Assembly (NCBI GenBank): GCA_049515915.1 | Contig: JBEKTP010000001.1 | Span: 6,855 to 70,854, forward strand | Length of the DNA: 64,000 nucleotides | From: Patescibacteria group bacterium | GTDB taxonomy: Bacteria; Patescibacteriota; UBA1384; UBA12157; JAENIV01 | Direction of reading: 5' to 3' | In this document: positions 47,185 through 57,137 of the stretch, one piece after another | Position numbering within the stretch: the first letter of the stretch is position 1 | Layout: every line of letters begins with the position of its first letter | Translations under genes and position numbers: made by a program | Notes under the pieces: generated by a model | What the model saw: only the letters and a program-made list of their open reading frames with translations | The model's database searches: none | Told to the model about the DNA's origin: nothing

Positions 47185-48330
47185 CAAAAAAACACCTCTA
47201 AAAAGAGGTGAAGCCGGGAGCCGCGGAGGAGGCTCCCGGCGTTCAAGCGAACCAGTATGTGGCTACCGGTTCGCAAAAGTTGGGTAGTGCTCGGCAGCAA
47301 TCATGGCCGCCGAGCGGAAGGGTCGAAGAGAGCTTGGATAAGACCCCAAGCTATCTCCGCCAGGCGGTGAGCGGGCGCGCGAGATCACGAGCAGTCGATT
47401 TGGGACCGGTCGCGGGCTCAACCTCTGATGAAACAAGGTTTCGCCCAGCAAACACGCGGCCGAAAGACAAGGCTGCTCGGGCAACGCTCCCGTTTCGGTG
47501 AAGCCCAACAGAGCGCCGGTCAAAACCGGAAAAGCCACGACCTGCATCATGCTCTGTCCCCCGATTACGCCCAAGATACCACACCGAACCGACCAATGAA
47601 CCTTCCATCAAAAGTGCAAGGAGAGGAGCCGCTCAGGACTGTTCATCTTAGAACGGTACTTACCGTTACATTTGCTGGTACTTAACTGTCACTCAGCCGC
47701 AACTAGAGTCCTTCCACCCATAACGCCGTTCGACTTTCGAACAGCTCCTCTAAATCTATTTAACCGCAAGCTTTTGGCAGCGTCAAGACTCTCAACAAAA
47801 AAGATCAAGGCTCGAGACGAATCTCGAGCCTTGTAAATGAAACGGCTTTTGGCCGGGTGATTTTTCGGACTCCGCAGTGACACTGCGGAGTCCGAGTACC
47901 CAGAACCCAGATACATAGGAGATACGGGATCAGGGCGGTGTCCACCGAGGGGGACTAACTGAACGGTGGACACCTTGGCGCGGGAGGGAGTTGCGCTGAT
48001 GAGGGCACTAGGCCTTGGCGATGCCAAGACCCAGTGTAAAGGGAGGGTGCCAGTCCGAAGAAGATCGAGAATGTTTCCCGGCCGTCCGGTCTCCACGGAC
48101 AGCCGGGTTAAAGCAGGAGGTCGCATGACGAGTTGGCTTCGGACGCTGACACCGAAACCAACCCAGGATGAGAGCACTTCCGGCCCTTAAGGGGACCTAA
48201 GGAACCGGAAGTGTCATGAGAGGGAGACGACCCAACGATGGTTAGAAAAGAGCAAGGAGATTGCGTTTCGAGACATTCGATCGCCTCATCTGCCGTTTCT
48301 TCGCTTTTTTGGGTTTGCAAGGATCAGCCT
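47185..48330 (-). ncRNA. GC-rich ORF-free structured region; candidate ncRNA gene(s), unidentified (tmRNA and RNase P RNA were considered but neither was established)
   Basis: About 1.15 kb of ~58% GC with only spurious overlapping ORFs in all frames. It is densely packed with perfect hairpins (GGGAGCC..GGCTCCC, GGACTCCGCAG..CTGCGGAGTCC, GGTGTCCACC..GGTGGACACC, AAGGCTCGAGA-TTCG-TCTCGAGCCTT, CTTCCGG..CCGGAAG). Minus-strand hairpin+U-run terminators lie at ~47800 and at 47185-47210 (CACCTCTTTTTAGAGGTG+T7). Only a weak resemblance to the RNase P segment UAGAUGAAUGACUGUCC was seen (UAAGAUGAACAGUCC at ~47640, minus strand). Confidence 0.3.
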
Positions 48331-48408
48331 TTTGTCACCTCAAAACGCAACCTCAAATCGATAATAACTCAAAAAGTAAGCGCTTGTCAATAAGAACAAT
48401 AATTCTTT

Positions 48409-49728
48409 TTAGAAACTGCCTAATTTCCCAAATAAATAATTTTTGAGTTCTTTGATTGCCACCCGCTCTTGTTTCATCGTATCACGGTCGCGAACGGTGA
48501 CTTTGTTGTCCTTTTCAAAATCGATCGTCACGCAAAATGGCGTGCCGATTTCATCTTGCCTTCTATATCGTCTACCGATACTGCCCGATTCATCATATTC
48601 GATCTCTCCCCAACAAGTTTTGAGGTCTTGATATATTTCTTGGGCTTTGTCCGATAATTTTTTAACTAAAGGTAAAACCGCCACTTTGACCGGCGCGAGT
48701 TTGGGCTCTAGATGAAGAATGATTTCACCACTTTCCGATTTCTCCTCCGGCTCCCCTCGCCCACCCGAGATTTCCTCAAATGCGTCGCAAATTATTGCCA
48801 ACATCAGACGCTCGATCCCTAAAGTTGGTTCAACGACATACGGCAAGATTTTTTCTTTCGTTTCTTCGTCGAAAAATTTCAGATCTTTACCCGATGCTTT
48901 TTCATGAGACGATAAATCAAAATCAGTGCGGTTAGCCACGCCGGCCAGTTCTTTTTTGCCAAAGGGAAAATTATATAAAATATCAACAGTTCTTTTTGAA
49001 TAATGCGCTAAAGATTCCTTCGGGTGCTCGTGATGTTCGATTGATTCTTTTTTAATACCAATTGATAGAACAAACTCCTCCCAATCTTTCAGCCATTCGT
49101 CGAAAGCCTTTTCATCATCGCCTTTTTTAACAAAATATTCGATCTCGGCGATTTCAAACTCGCGGACTCGAAACAAAAAATCTTTCGTATTGATTTCGTT
49201 GCGAAACGATTTTCCAATTTGGGCAATGCCAAATGGCAATTTTTGACGCGAGATTTCCATCACCTGCTTAAAATCGGTCAACATACCTTGAGCGGTCTCG
49301 GGTCTTAGATAGGTCATCGATTCATCATTCTCAATCACCCCGACATTAGTCTTAAACATCGGATTAAACTGCCTGGCCTCGGTGAATTCGTGCTCACCGC
49401 CGGCAGAACATTTTTCTTTGGGCAAATCATCGGCTTTGAAACGCTGATGGCATTTCTTGCATTCAACCAGCTTATCAATAAAATCTTTTTCATGCCCGCT
49501 CGCCTGCCAGACTTGACGATTCATTAAAATCGCCGATTCAAGGCCGACGATATCATCGCGGTCTTCGACAAACTTTTTCCACCAAAGTTTCTTGAGATTA
49601 TTCTTGAAAGTGACGCCATACGGCCCAAAATCATAAATCCCCGAAAGGCCACCATAAATCTCCGAACCCGGCATCACAAAACCCCGTCTTTTCGCCCATG
49701 AAACAATTTTTTCTAAATTCTTTTCCAT
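48409..49728 (-). CDS. glyQS: glycine--tRNA ligase (dimeric alpha2 type)
   Basis: Class II aaRS N-terminus (FVMPGSEIYGGLSGIYDFGPYG). The start was chosen at MEKNLEK (49728) with an AGGAG RBS. The track start 49776 would overlap recO. Confidence 0.9.
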   Translation of the reverse strand: MEKNLEKIVSWAKRRGFVMPGSEIYGGLSGIYDFGPYGVTFKNNLKKLWWKKFVEDRDDIVGLESAILMNRQVWQASGHEKDFIDKLVECKKCHQRFKADDLPKEKCSAGGEHEFTEARQFNPMFKTNVGVIENDESMTYLRPETAQGMLTDFKQVMEISRQKLPFGIAQIGKSFRNEINTKDFLFRVREFEIAEIEYFVKKGDDEKAFDEWLKDWEEFVLSIGIKKESIEHHEHPKESLAHYSKRTVDILYNFPFGKKELAGVANRTDFDLSSHEKASGKDLKFFDEETKEKILPYVVEPTLGIERLMLAIICDAFEEISGGRGEPEEKSESGEIILHLEPKLAPVKVAVLPLVKKLSDKAQEIYQDLKTCWGEIEYDESGSIGRRYRRQDEIGTPFCVTIDFEKDNKVTVRDRDTMKQERVAIKELKNYLFGKLGSF

Positions 49729-49768
49729 ATTTTCTCCTAATTTCAATATATCAGAAACGGCGAGGATT

Positions 49769-50494
49769 TCATACAAATTTTCTCGATTTGAATTCCTCTT
49801 GCCGAATATGACGAATGTAATTTTTCACAATCTCAATGATATCTTTTTCTTGTTTTGGGGAAATTTTGATTCGATCGATAATGGAAATATTTTCTTTGAG
49901 AAAAAGCCTTAAAACTTTAATCGATTCGGCGGAAATTTTATCGGCGTAACCGCCGCATTGACGACAAACCAGACCGCCTTCTTCAAAATCAAAAGAGTTA
50001 CCTTGGGATTCCACTAAATTTAAACATTTAAGACATTTTTTCAGTTCCGGCTCGTAGCCAATGGTTTTTAAAAAATTAATTTCAAAATAGGGCAAGCAAA
50101 GTTGTTTTGAGCTACCGTGGTCAAGTCGGGTTAAGGTTTTTAACAAAAGTTCAAAAATTTCCAGATGTTTTTCATTTTCCACCGTTAAACGGTCGACGAT
50201 TTCCGCTAAATAATGGGAGAGATTGGTGTGACCTAAATTATTTCGAATCTGAAGAAATGGCTTGATAATCTCCGCTTCGGTGATAATATCCAAATTTCGC
50301 CCTTCGGCAATAACTAAGCTCGTCAGGCAAAAAAGCTCGAGATGACCGCCGAGCCGGGAGTTCTGTTTTCTCGCTCCCTTCGCGATGGCTTTAATCTTGC
50401 CTTTTTCATAAGTAAAAATGGTCAAAAGCCGGTCGGCTTCACCAAAATGAGTTCTCTTTAAAATAATCCCCCGGGCTTTGTAATTGGCCATCAA
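49769..50494 (-). CDS. recO: DNA repair protein RecO
   Basis: 241 aa with a RecO N-terminal OB-fold (YKARGIILKRTHFGEADRLLTIFT) and a C-terminal Cys zinc motif (CLKC...CRQC). Confidence 0.8.
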   Translation of the reverse strand: MMANYKARGIILKRTHFGEADRLLTIFTYEKGKIKAIAKGARKQNSRLGGHLELFCLTSLVIAEGRNLDIITEAEIIKPFLQIRNNLGHTNLSHYLAEIVDRLTVENEKHLEIFELLLKTLTRLDHGSSKQLCLPYFEINFLKTIGYEPELKKCLKCLNLVESQGNSFDFEEGGLVCRQCGGYADKISAESIKVLRLFLKENISIIDRIKISPKQEKDIIEIVKNYIRHIRQEEFKSRKFV

Positions 50495-50495
50495 A

Positions 50496-51284
50496 TTAAG
50501 TGGCGGGTTTAAACTCCGGTGCCACCAGGCCGTTTTTCTTTAACTTGGAAATCATCGCCTTGTGGGCCAGCTGTAACTGTTCAGGCGTGTTGACGCCTTT
50601 CCACTGACTGGCATTAATCTTGTGGGCGATCACTCGCCGGCCTTCGTGATTGGCAATTTCAATTAAATCAGTCAAAAAATATTCGCCCGTGGGGTTGCGT
50701 TTGATTTTTTTTAAAGCCGGCCACAAAAAAGAAGTTTTAAAGACATAACAGGCGGCATTGATTTCCTTGATCTTTTTTTCGGCCGATCGAGCCAATTTTT
50801 CTTCGACAATACCGGTAACGTGGCCGGTCTCGTCACGGATGACCCGCCCCAAACCGGTTGGATCATTCTTTTGGACCGTCAGCATCGTAATCGACGGGCT
50901 TTTTTCTCGGTGTAAATCCACCAGTTCTGTAATGGTATCGGGATTATAAAAAGCGCTATCGTCCCCCATCACGACGACCACATCTTCGACATTTTTGGGG
51001 ACTTTCGCTTCGGCAGACATAACTGCATGAGCTGTTCCTAACCGTCGAGGCTGTTCGGCATAAATGACTTTACTGCCAAGGTGTTCTTTTATTTTTTCGC
51101 CACAAAAACCCACCACCACGACCGGTTTTAAAAAACCAGCTTTGTTCAAGTTATCCAAGCTATAATCAATCATCGGAATACCGGCAATCGGGAGCATTAC
51201 TTTGGGTAATTCTTTACAATTCAGCCGGGTGCCTTTGCCCGCCGCCAAAACGATCGCTTGGACTGGATTCGTTTTATGATTCAT
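50496..51284 (-). CDS. sugar-phosphate nucleotidyltransferase (GlmU N-terminal-domain-like)
   Basis: 262 aa with the LAAGKGTRL nucleotide-binding motif and the GT-A-like fold typical of NTP-transferases. It has no acetyltransferase hexapeptide domain. Confidence 0.7.
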   Translation of the reverse strand: MNHKTNPVQAIVLAAGKGTRLNCKELPKVMLPIAGIPMIDYSLDNLNKAGFLKPVVVVGFCGEKIKEHLGSKVIYAEQPRRLGTAHAVMSAEAKVPKNVEDVVVVMGDDSAFYNPDTITELVDLHREKSPSITMLTVQKNDPTGLGRVIRDETGHVTGIVEEKLARSAEKKIKEINAACYVFKTSFLWPALKKIKRNPTGEYFLTDLIEIANHEGRRVIAHKINASQWKGVNTPEQLQLAHKAMISKLKKNGLVAPEFKPAT

Positions 51285-51357
51285 TTCATTCTCCGTCTAT
51301 CAGAATTATTTTAACGCATAAATACAAGTTTGAAAAGAGCGAGAAGAGTCTCGTCTA

Positions 51358-52209
51358 TTATTTTTGACAAGTCGGACAATAATGAGTCCCCCGGCCGCCA
51401 ATGGTCATTCTTTTAACCACCCCGCCGCAGCCGCCTAAACAGGGTTGGCCGACCCGATGATAGACTTTAAGATAATTTTGCATCCCGCCTTTAACCCCTA
51501 AAGCGTTGACATAATCCCGGTCTGATGTTCCTCCATATTTTAACCCAAGTTTTAAAACTTTCAAGACGCTTACGTTAATTTTTTGCCATTCCGCCATCGA
51601 GAGATCTCTAAGTTTCCTCGTCGGCAGCACACCAGCAAGAAATAATGATTCGTCAACATAAATATTGCCAATGCCGGCGATGATTTCCTGATCAGTTAAA
51701 AATTGTTTGATATTCCGATTGGGAATTTTTTTGGCTTTTCTTAACAGGTAATCCACCGTAAAATCCGAAGTGAAGGGTTCGACGCCGTAGCCTTCAAAAA
51801 TTTCCCGAAGTTCTATGTCGGTTAAAACTTTACACCAACCGAACTTTCTTAAATCGTTGAAAAAGAGTTTGCTCCCATTTTTAAATGTAAATATTAACCG
51901 GGTGTTGGTATTGGGCAGTTTGGCATGCCAATCGTGTGAAGGATGGCCGCCGGCCATACGCTCACCGTTTTCGACATAAATTAATTGGCCGGTCAACTTT
52001 AAATGAAATAACAAGTTAAAACCGTTGGATAATTTCATCGAAATCAATTTAGCGCGACGACCAATTTCTTCGATCTTGGCGCCAAGGATATTTTCTTTGT
52101 CACCCTGAAAAGATTTGGTCGTTTCAATTTTAATATCAACTATCTCCTTGCCGATAATCTTTTTGGCTAGACCTTTTTTAATTGTTTCAATTTCGGGAAG
52201 CTCTGGCAT
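51358..52209 (-). CDS. mutM: formamidopyrimidine-DNA glycosylase (Fpg/MutM)
   Basis: It has the N-terminal catalytic PELPEVE, an H2TH domain and a C-terminal zinc finger (CPTC). The start was chosen at MPELPE (52209). Confidence 0.85.
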   Translation of the reverse strand: MPELPEIETIKKGLAKKIIGKEIVDIKIETTKSFQGDKENILGAKIEEIGRRAKLISMKLSNGFNLLFHLKLTGQLIYVENGERMAGGHPSHDWHAKLPNTNTRLIFTFKNGSKLFFNDLRKFGWCKVLTDIELREIFEGYGVEPFTSDFTVDYLLRKAKKIPNRNIKQFLTDQEIIAGIGNIYVDESLFLAGVLPTRKLRDLSMAEWQKINVSVLKVLKLGLKYGGTSDRDYVNALGVKGGMQNYLKVYHRVGQPCLGGCGGVVKRMTIGGRGTHYCPTCQK

Positions 52210-52228
52210 GATATTACCCTTTTGATTT

Positions 52229-53482
52229 TTAAAACAAACTTTCCTGTGACGGCGCACCAGTATTTTTGCTTAGAACCTTGACTTTACCGTAAACTCCGTC
52301 ATAGCCAGGTTCGGTTTCGACTTGACCTATTCTTGCGTTCATTATTCCGGCGGCGATTTGGGGAGGCAGATTATTTTTTAATTCTCCCTCGCCCAGATCT
52401 AAGAGAATCTTAAATTCACTTCCAAGAGTGTTGATAATTTTAAGATATTCTTGCTGAACTTTTTGGCTCGAGGGAGTTACTTTCAGTGCTTCGGCGATAA
52501 TTTCTAAGAGAGGCACCAGATGGACCGAACCAGGAAAATTATTACTTTGAAATCCGACCGGACGGTCGGCCAATTCTTCAACGCGATTGAGGACGCCGAT
52601 GGTCAGTTTCCGACCGCACTTAGGACAAATATTATCAGGATATTTGGTTTCAAACGGATTGGCAACAAGATTACAATTGCGATGGCCGTCAAAATGATAT
52701 TTTCCCTCTTCCGGATAAAATTCGATGGTATTTAAAAATCTTTTTGGATCTTTAGTCTTTATAATGTTGGCGATCTCATTGTAAGTAAAATTATTTTTAT
52801 CGAGTTCAAAAACATTGGCCTCGCGGCCTAAATTGGCCGGACTGTGGGCATCGGAGTTCGAAATTAAGGTTATTTTATCAAGAGCTGATAATCGCCAATT
52901 CATTTCTGGGTCAGACGATAAGCCCGTTTCGATACTGTAGATATTATTCGATAATTCCTCATAGCACTCCTTAATCGAATCAAAGCCAGAGTTCGAGCCG
53001 AAAATACTAAACCACGGCGTCCAGGCGTGGGCCGGGATAATCAGACACTGCGGATTGATTTCAAGAATAATTTTAGCGAGATCCTTGGCAGAAATCCCTA
53101 ATATCGGCCGGCCGTCAGAATAAAGTTTACCTAAGTTGGTGAGGCGATCAATAATCTTGGCCACCGTCGTAAAATTAGGAGCAACAAGAACAGTATGGAC
53201 TCGACGGCCCTTACTTCCTTGATTATACATATTTGATATTTCGGCTGTAAGAATAAATTTCGGATCCTCGGCACGCGAATTTTTAAGTTTCAAAATACCA
53301 CTACCGTCTTCCATCAATTTTTCTTTTAGGTTGGAAAACCAAAACGGATGGGTAAAATCACCCGTGCCGACAAGATCAATCCCTTTGTATTTGGCATAGG
53401 TGGCGATGTGATCAATGTCCATATCGCGGGAAGTGGCCCGAGAATATTTAGAATGGATATGAAAATCAGCAATGATACGCAT
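52229..53482 (-). CDS. PHP-domain protein of the endonuclease Q (TIGR00375) type
   Basis: 417 aa with an N-terminal PHP metal motif (ADFHIHSKYS) and an internal C4 zinc finger (CPKCGRK). Its length and layout resemble archaeal/bacterial EndoQ. Confidence 0.5.
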   Translation of the reverse strand: MRIIADFHIHSKYSRATSRDMDIDHIATYAKYKGIDLVGTGDFTHPFWFSNLKEKLMEDGSGILKLKNSRAEDPKFILTAEISNMYNQGSKGRRVHTVLVAPNFTTVAKIIDRLTNLGKLYSDGRPILGISAKDLAKIILEINPQCLIIPAHAWTPWFSIFGSNSGFDSIKECYEELSNNIYSIETGLSSDPEMNWRLSALDKITLISNSDAHSPANLGREANVFELDKNNFTYNEIANIIKTKDPKRFLNTIEFYPEEGKYHFDGHRNCNLVANPFETKYPDNICPKCGRKLTIGVLNRVEELADRPVGFQSNNFPGSVHLVPLLEIIAEALKVTPSSQKVQQEYLKIINTLGSEFKILLDLGEGELKNNLPPQIAAGIMNARIGQVETEPGYDGVYGKVKVLSKNTGAPSQESLF

Positions 53483-53573
53483 AATTAAATGTTAAAACAA
53501 TAATAAGAATGATAAAGGATTATTCTTTTTGTTTTGAGTTGAAGTTTTTACTTTTGAGTTTCTAGCTTTAAAC

Positions 53574-53843
53574 TTATTTCTCCCACGGTTTATCCGGATG
53601 CATTTTAATGATGAAATCGTAACGGGTTTGAGGATTATTATTTTTAACCGGCTTGCCATTAGAATAGACCGTATTGAGTGGGTCACCATAAGGGTTAAGA
53701 TCATTTTTAGCAATCCAAGTGTCAATTTGGCGATCTTCTTTATTAAGTTTTGGTCCAACGTAAGTATAAACGACCATGCCAATGATGCCAAGTGTCAGGA
53801 TGATAAATAATATCATCGAGATCCTAATCGAGGTTTTTTTCAT
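53574..53843 (-). CDS. small membrane-anchored hypothetical protein
   Basis: 89 aa with an N-terminal TM helix and a hydrophilic tail. Confidence 0.4.
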   Translation of the reverse strand: MKKTSIRISMILFIILTLGIIGMVVYTYVGPKLNKEDRQIDTWIAKNDLNPYGDPLNTVYSNGKPVKNNNPQTRYDFIIKMHPDKPWEK

Positions 53844-53975
53844 TGAGACCCTCCTCTATTAGATTATAACAAAAAAACGTCATTAATGCACTCTATTTTT
53901 TAGGGATTCTAAAAAGTCCTGTTTACCGATAAGCATTAAGTGCTTCGATATATTCGGGACGAGTCGTAATCTAAA

Positions 53976-54094
<119 letters not shown>

Positions 54095-54388
54095 TTTAAA
54101 TTACGAGATATTTTTTTCAGTGTCTTAATAGTTGTTCTAACCTAATACCTCCAAAATGGAGAAAGGTTTTCTCGGTCTATTAGTACTCCTCGGCTGAACA
54201 TCTTACGATGCTTACACCTAGAGCCTATCAACCCTGTGGTCTACAGGGAACCTTAACGAAGTCTAATCTTAAGGCGGGCTTCCCGCTTATATGCTTTCAG
54301 CGGTTATCCCAACCGAACATAGCTACCCAGCAATGCCCTTGGTAGGACAACTGGTACACCAGAGGTTCGTCCGCTCCGGTCCTCTCGT

Positions 54389-54691
54389 CAAGTGCATCCT
54401 TTATTTCTAAAGGCTTAGACTATATCTTCATCCGCCAGGTGGCGGAGTCGGCGTGTGATACCAATATAATTCGATTACCATCAAATTGGTATCTCGATCT
54501 TTCGATCTCAGTCGTTACGGGGTCACCCCGATTAATATCAGGGGACTTCCCACGGTATTCCCTTTCAAAACTTATGGTTTTTTAAGTTTCTTGAAATTTC
54601 ATTAAACCATAGATTTCATGAAGGCTCCACCGTTATTAGCCGAATTTTCAATCCCGATTACTCGGGAAAGTAGCAATGCGCTTTCGCGCCT
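54389..54691 (-). mobile_element. group I intron 1 in 23S (ORF-less, about 300 nt), inserted between CCUAGU and ACGAGAGGACC (sarcin-ricin loop region)
   Basis: The exon junction was reconstructed from flanking conserved 23S sequence. The group I core S-element GATATAGTC (plus agactatatc at 54417-54426) lies ~30 nt before the 3' splice G. It shares the internal GGGGTGACCCCGTAACGAC element with introns 2 and 3. Confidence 0.65.
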
Positions 54692-54750
54692 ACTAGGAGC
54701 AGACCCTCTCAAACTTCAACGATCACAGCAGATTAGGACCGAACTGTCTT

Positions 54751-55441
54751 CGCTTTTATCCATTATTACTAATGGTGCAGACTATATCTTCTTCCTTATC
54801 ATCCACCGATGAATAAGGAGTTGGCGTGTGTTCCGATAAATCGGAACTCAAGCTGATTGCCTAGATCAGCTATCAGTCGTTACGGGGAAAGATTATTTTC
54901 TGTCAGATACTTTAACACTTGTGGTGTGAAATTTTTCCGTTTCTTTGAAAAGTTATATTTAGCAGTGTTATCAACAAGTTGGCAAAAACTAATAAACTGT
55001 TTCTTTGATGGTTTTGGGGGTATTTTTTCAAACAGTAACAAATTTTGCGCTTGTTTCTTCTTTAAACGTAGATAAGGTAAAATCTTATGAACAACCGTGA
55101 TTACCGGCATAATTCCAACAATTGTGTATTCCGCCATGTTATCATTTCTTGTTCGAATGTAACCTGTCTTTAATAAAGATTTTAACCATTCAAGATGTCT
55201 AATATTTTGCTTGTGTTGATAGAAAACGAGACTTAATCTGATTTGAAAACCAAATTTATAGCCTTTTCTTTTTATCAACTGTGCCATTAGACATCCATCT
55301 CCATCTAAAAACCCTGCAATATAGGCTTTTATTTCTTCTGACATAATAAATCTTTCTTCCCACGGTATTACCCTCTTAACATTCGGTTGAATTAAGGAGG
55401 GCTTCACCGTTATTAGCCAAATTTATTATACAATTACTCGT
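54751..55441 (-). mobile_element. group I intron 2 in 23S with LAGLIDADG homing endonuclease ORF, inserted at GAACGUCGU^GAGACAG (I-CreI-type L2593-like site)
   Basis: The flanking exons match E. coli 23S ~2580-2610. S-element GATATAGTCTG is at 54778-54789. The 3' tail CACCATTAGTAATAATGGATAAAAGCG is similar to intron 3. Confidence 0.7.
54880..55407 (-). CDS. LAGLIDADG homing endonuclease (single-motif, I-CreI-like) encoded in 23S group I intron 2
   Basis: 175 aa with the motif YIAGFLDGDGCLMAQL. Confidence 0.8.
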   Translation of the reverse strand: MKPSLIQPNVKRVIPWEERFIMSEEIKAYIAGFLDGDGCLMAQLIKRKGYKFGFQIRLSLVFYQHKQNIRHLEWLKSLLKTGYIRTRNDNMAEYTIVGIMPVITVVHKILPYLRLKKKQAQNLLLFEKIPPKPSKKQFISFCQLVDNTAKYNFSKKRKNFTPQVLKYLTENNLSP

Positions 55442-55549
55442 ATAAGTCGCAAATAATTTACGACGTTCTGAACCCAGCTCGCGTACCCTTTTAATTGGCG
55501 AACAGCCAAACCCTTGGGACGTACTTCCGCCCCAGGATAGGATGAGCCG

Positions 55550-55868
55550 ACATCGTACCTTAATCCATAATTACTTATGGTGTAGACTATATCTTTATCC
55601 TACAACCGGACTTTAGGCATAAAGCCATATCCTTGGTTTTTTGTAGTAGGAATCGGCGTATTATTTGACTTTTTATAACTACCAAAGTCAAATCTCATCT
55701 TTCGATTCAGTCGTTACGGGGTCACCCCGATAGATATCGGAGGACTTCCCACGGTATTGCCCTTGTTGATTCTTATATTTTACCGAACATATTACGAACA
55801 AACAATAGGGGTTCACCGTTATAAGCCGATTTTTGGTATAGAATTACTTCTATAGCACCCCAATGTTA
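55550..55868 (-). mobile_element. group I intron 3 in 23S (ORF-less, about 320 nt), inserted in GGCACCU^CGAUGUCGG (L2500-region site)
   Basis: The exon junction was reconstructed. S-element agactatatc is at 55575-55584. The 5' region GGGGTTCACCGTTATAAGCC is similar to the intron 1/2 5' regions. Confidence 0.65.
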
Positions 55869-56372
55869 AGGTGCCAAACCGCATCGTCTATGTGGGCTAT
55901 TGGATGCGATCAGCCTGTTATCCCCGGAGTAGCTTTTATCCGTTGAGCTCTGGCCATATCACTTTGTGCCAGAGGATCACTAACCCCAACTTTCGTTGCT
56001 GCGCGACTTGTAGGTCTTGCAGTCAAGCTGGCTTATGCGTTTGCACTATCGCTCTGATTTCCATACAGAGCTAGCCAACCTTTGGGCGACTCCGTTACAA
56101 TTTAGGAGTCAACCGCCCCAGTTAAACTACCCACCTGACACTGTCCCTTCGTTCATTACGAGGGTTAGAATCAAACTCCCAACAGGATGGTGTTACACTT
56201 TCGTCCCCGAAGGGACTCCCATCTGCTCTATACAATTGAAAATTTAATTCAATATCAAGCTATAGTAAAGCTTCACGGGGTCTTTCCGTCTTGCTGCGAT
56301 TAACCGGCATCTTTACCGGCATTGTAATTTCACCGAGCCCTTCCCAGAGACAGTTTTCAGATTGTTATGCCA

Positions 56373-56404
<32 letters not shown>

Positions 56405-56425
56405 ATTCGCTACCATAGAACGGTT

Positions 56426-57137
56426 CATTTGTGTTTATGGCTGATTTTACAGCCCTGTATGTCTCCATACAGATCGGACTATATCATCCCACCTTGCGGC
56501 GGGTCTAGCGTATAGTCTCTGAGGATTCTCCATAAATATCCTTAAAACAATATTTTCTTGTTCTGCCAGCACCAACATTCAATTTCTCTCTTAAGAAAAC
56601 TATCTCTCGCAAACCTTTATCTGTTAAATGCTCACCATTCATTAGATTGGCTATCTGACAAAATATTTTGAAATTTTGCTTTTTACTTGCGGAGAAAAAA
56701 TTAAACTTTCTAAAGAATGGGATTATTTTTTCTTTAATCATCGCAAAGTTACAAACGTCATATATAAATAATCCATCTTGTCTCCGTTTAATTTTTCCGC
56801 AACCTAAATATCGTTTCATTATGGTGAGAATAGTTATATCTCGTTGAGAAACATTAAAGCAAAGACACACTTGCCATTTTTGCTTGTAATCTTGTTTATT
56901 TCTCAATGAAACATTAAAACTTCCTTCACCATCAACAAATCCTGCAAAATAGTAACCTATTTTATCAGGAATTTGTTTGAGCCAGTTTTCGCTCACTTGA
57001 CCTCCTTTGGAGCCTTTCCTGCTGATTGTCTCTATTCTTTGGATTTTTAGGTATAGTTAACTATTCTATAACCTACCAAAGACTTAACAAGATTTTCCAG
57101 CATATAGCTAGATTTTATAACTACTAACCGTTATTTA
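56426..57137 (-). mobile_element. group I intron 4 in 23S with LAGLIDADG ORF, inserted at GGUAACUAU^AACCGUUCUAUGGUAGCG (L1917-region site)
   Basis: The spliced junction restores the conserved CGTAACTATAACGGTCCTAAGGTAGCG-like sequence. S-element GATATAGTCC is at 56476-56485. Confidence 0.7.
56505..56996 (-). CDS. LAGLIDADG homing endonuclease encoded in 23S group I intron 4
   Basis: 163 aa with the motif YFAGFVDGEGSFNVSL. Confidence 0.8.
   Translation of the reverse strand: MSENWLKQIPDKIGYYFAGFVDGEGSFNVSLRNKQDYKQKWQVCLCFNVSQRDITILTIMKRYLGCGKIKRRQDGLFIYDVCNFAMIKEKIIPFFRKFNFFSASKKQNFKIFCQIANLMNGEHLTDKGLREIVFLREKLNVGAGRTRKYCFKDIYGESSETIR

Noticed and set aside
47208-48320. Seven overlapping ORFs of 60-160 aa in all frames from the ORF track (for example 47689..48177 -, 47263..47574 -).
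   Set aside because: They are products of high GC (few stop codons). The translations are S/R/P/G-rich with no motif and they overlap in incompatible frames. The region is better explained as structured RNA.
47185-48330. Considered that the GC-rich block might be a 16S rRNA gene (missing from the rRNA operon).
   Set aside because: No universal 16S signatures were found (GTGCCAGCAGCCGCGGTAA, TGTACACACCGCCCGTC, anti-SD 3' end). The length between glyQS and mraZ (about 1.15 kb) is too short. The internal intrinsic terminators argue for smaller RNAs.
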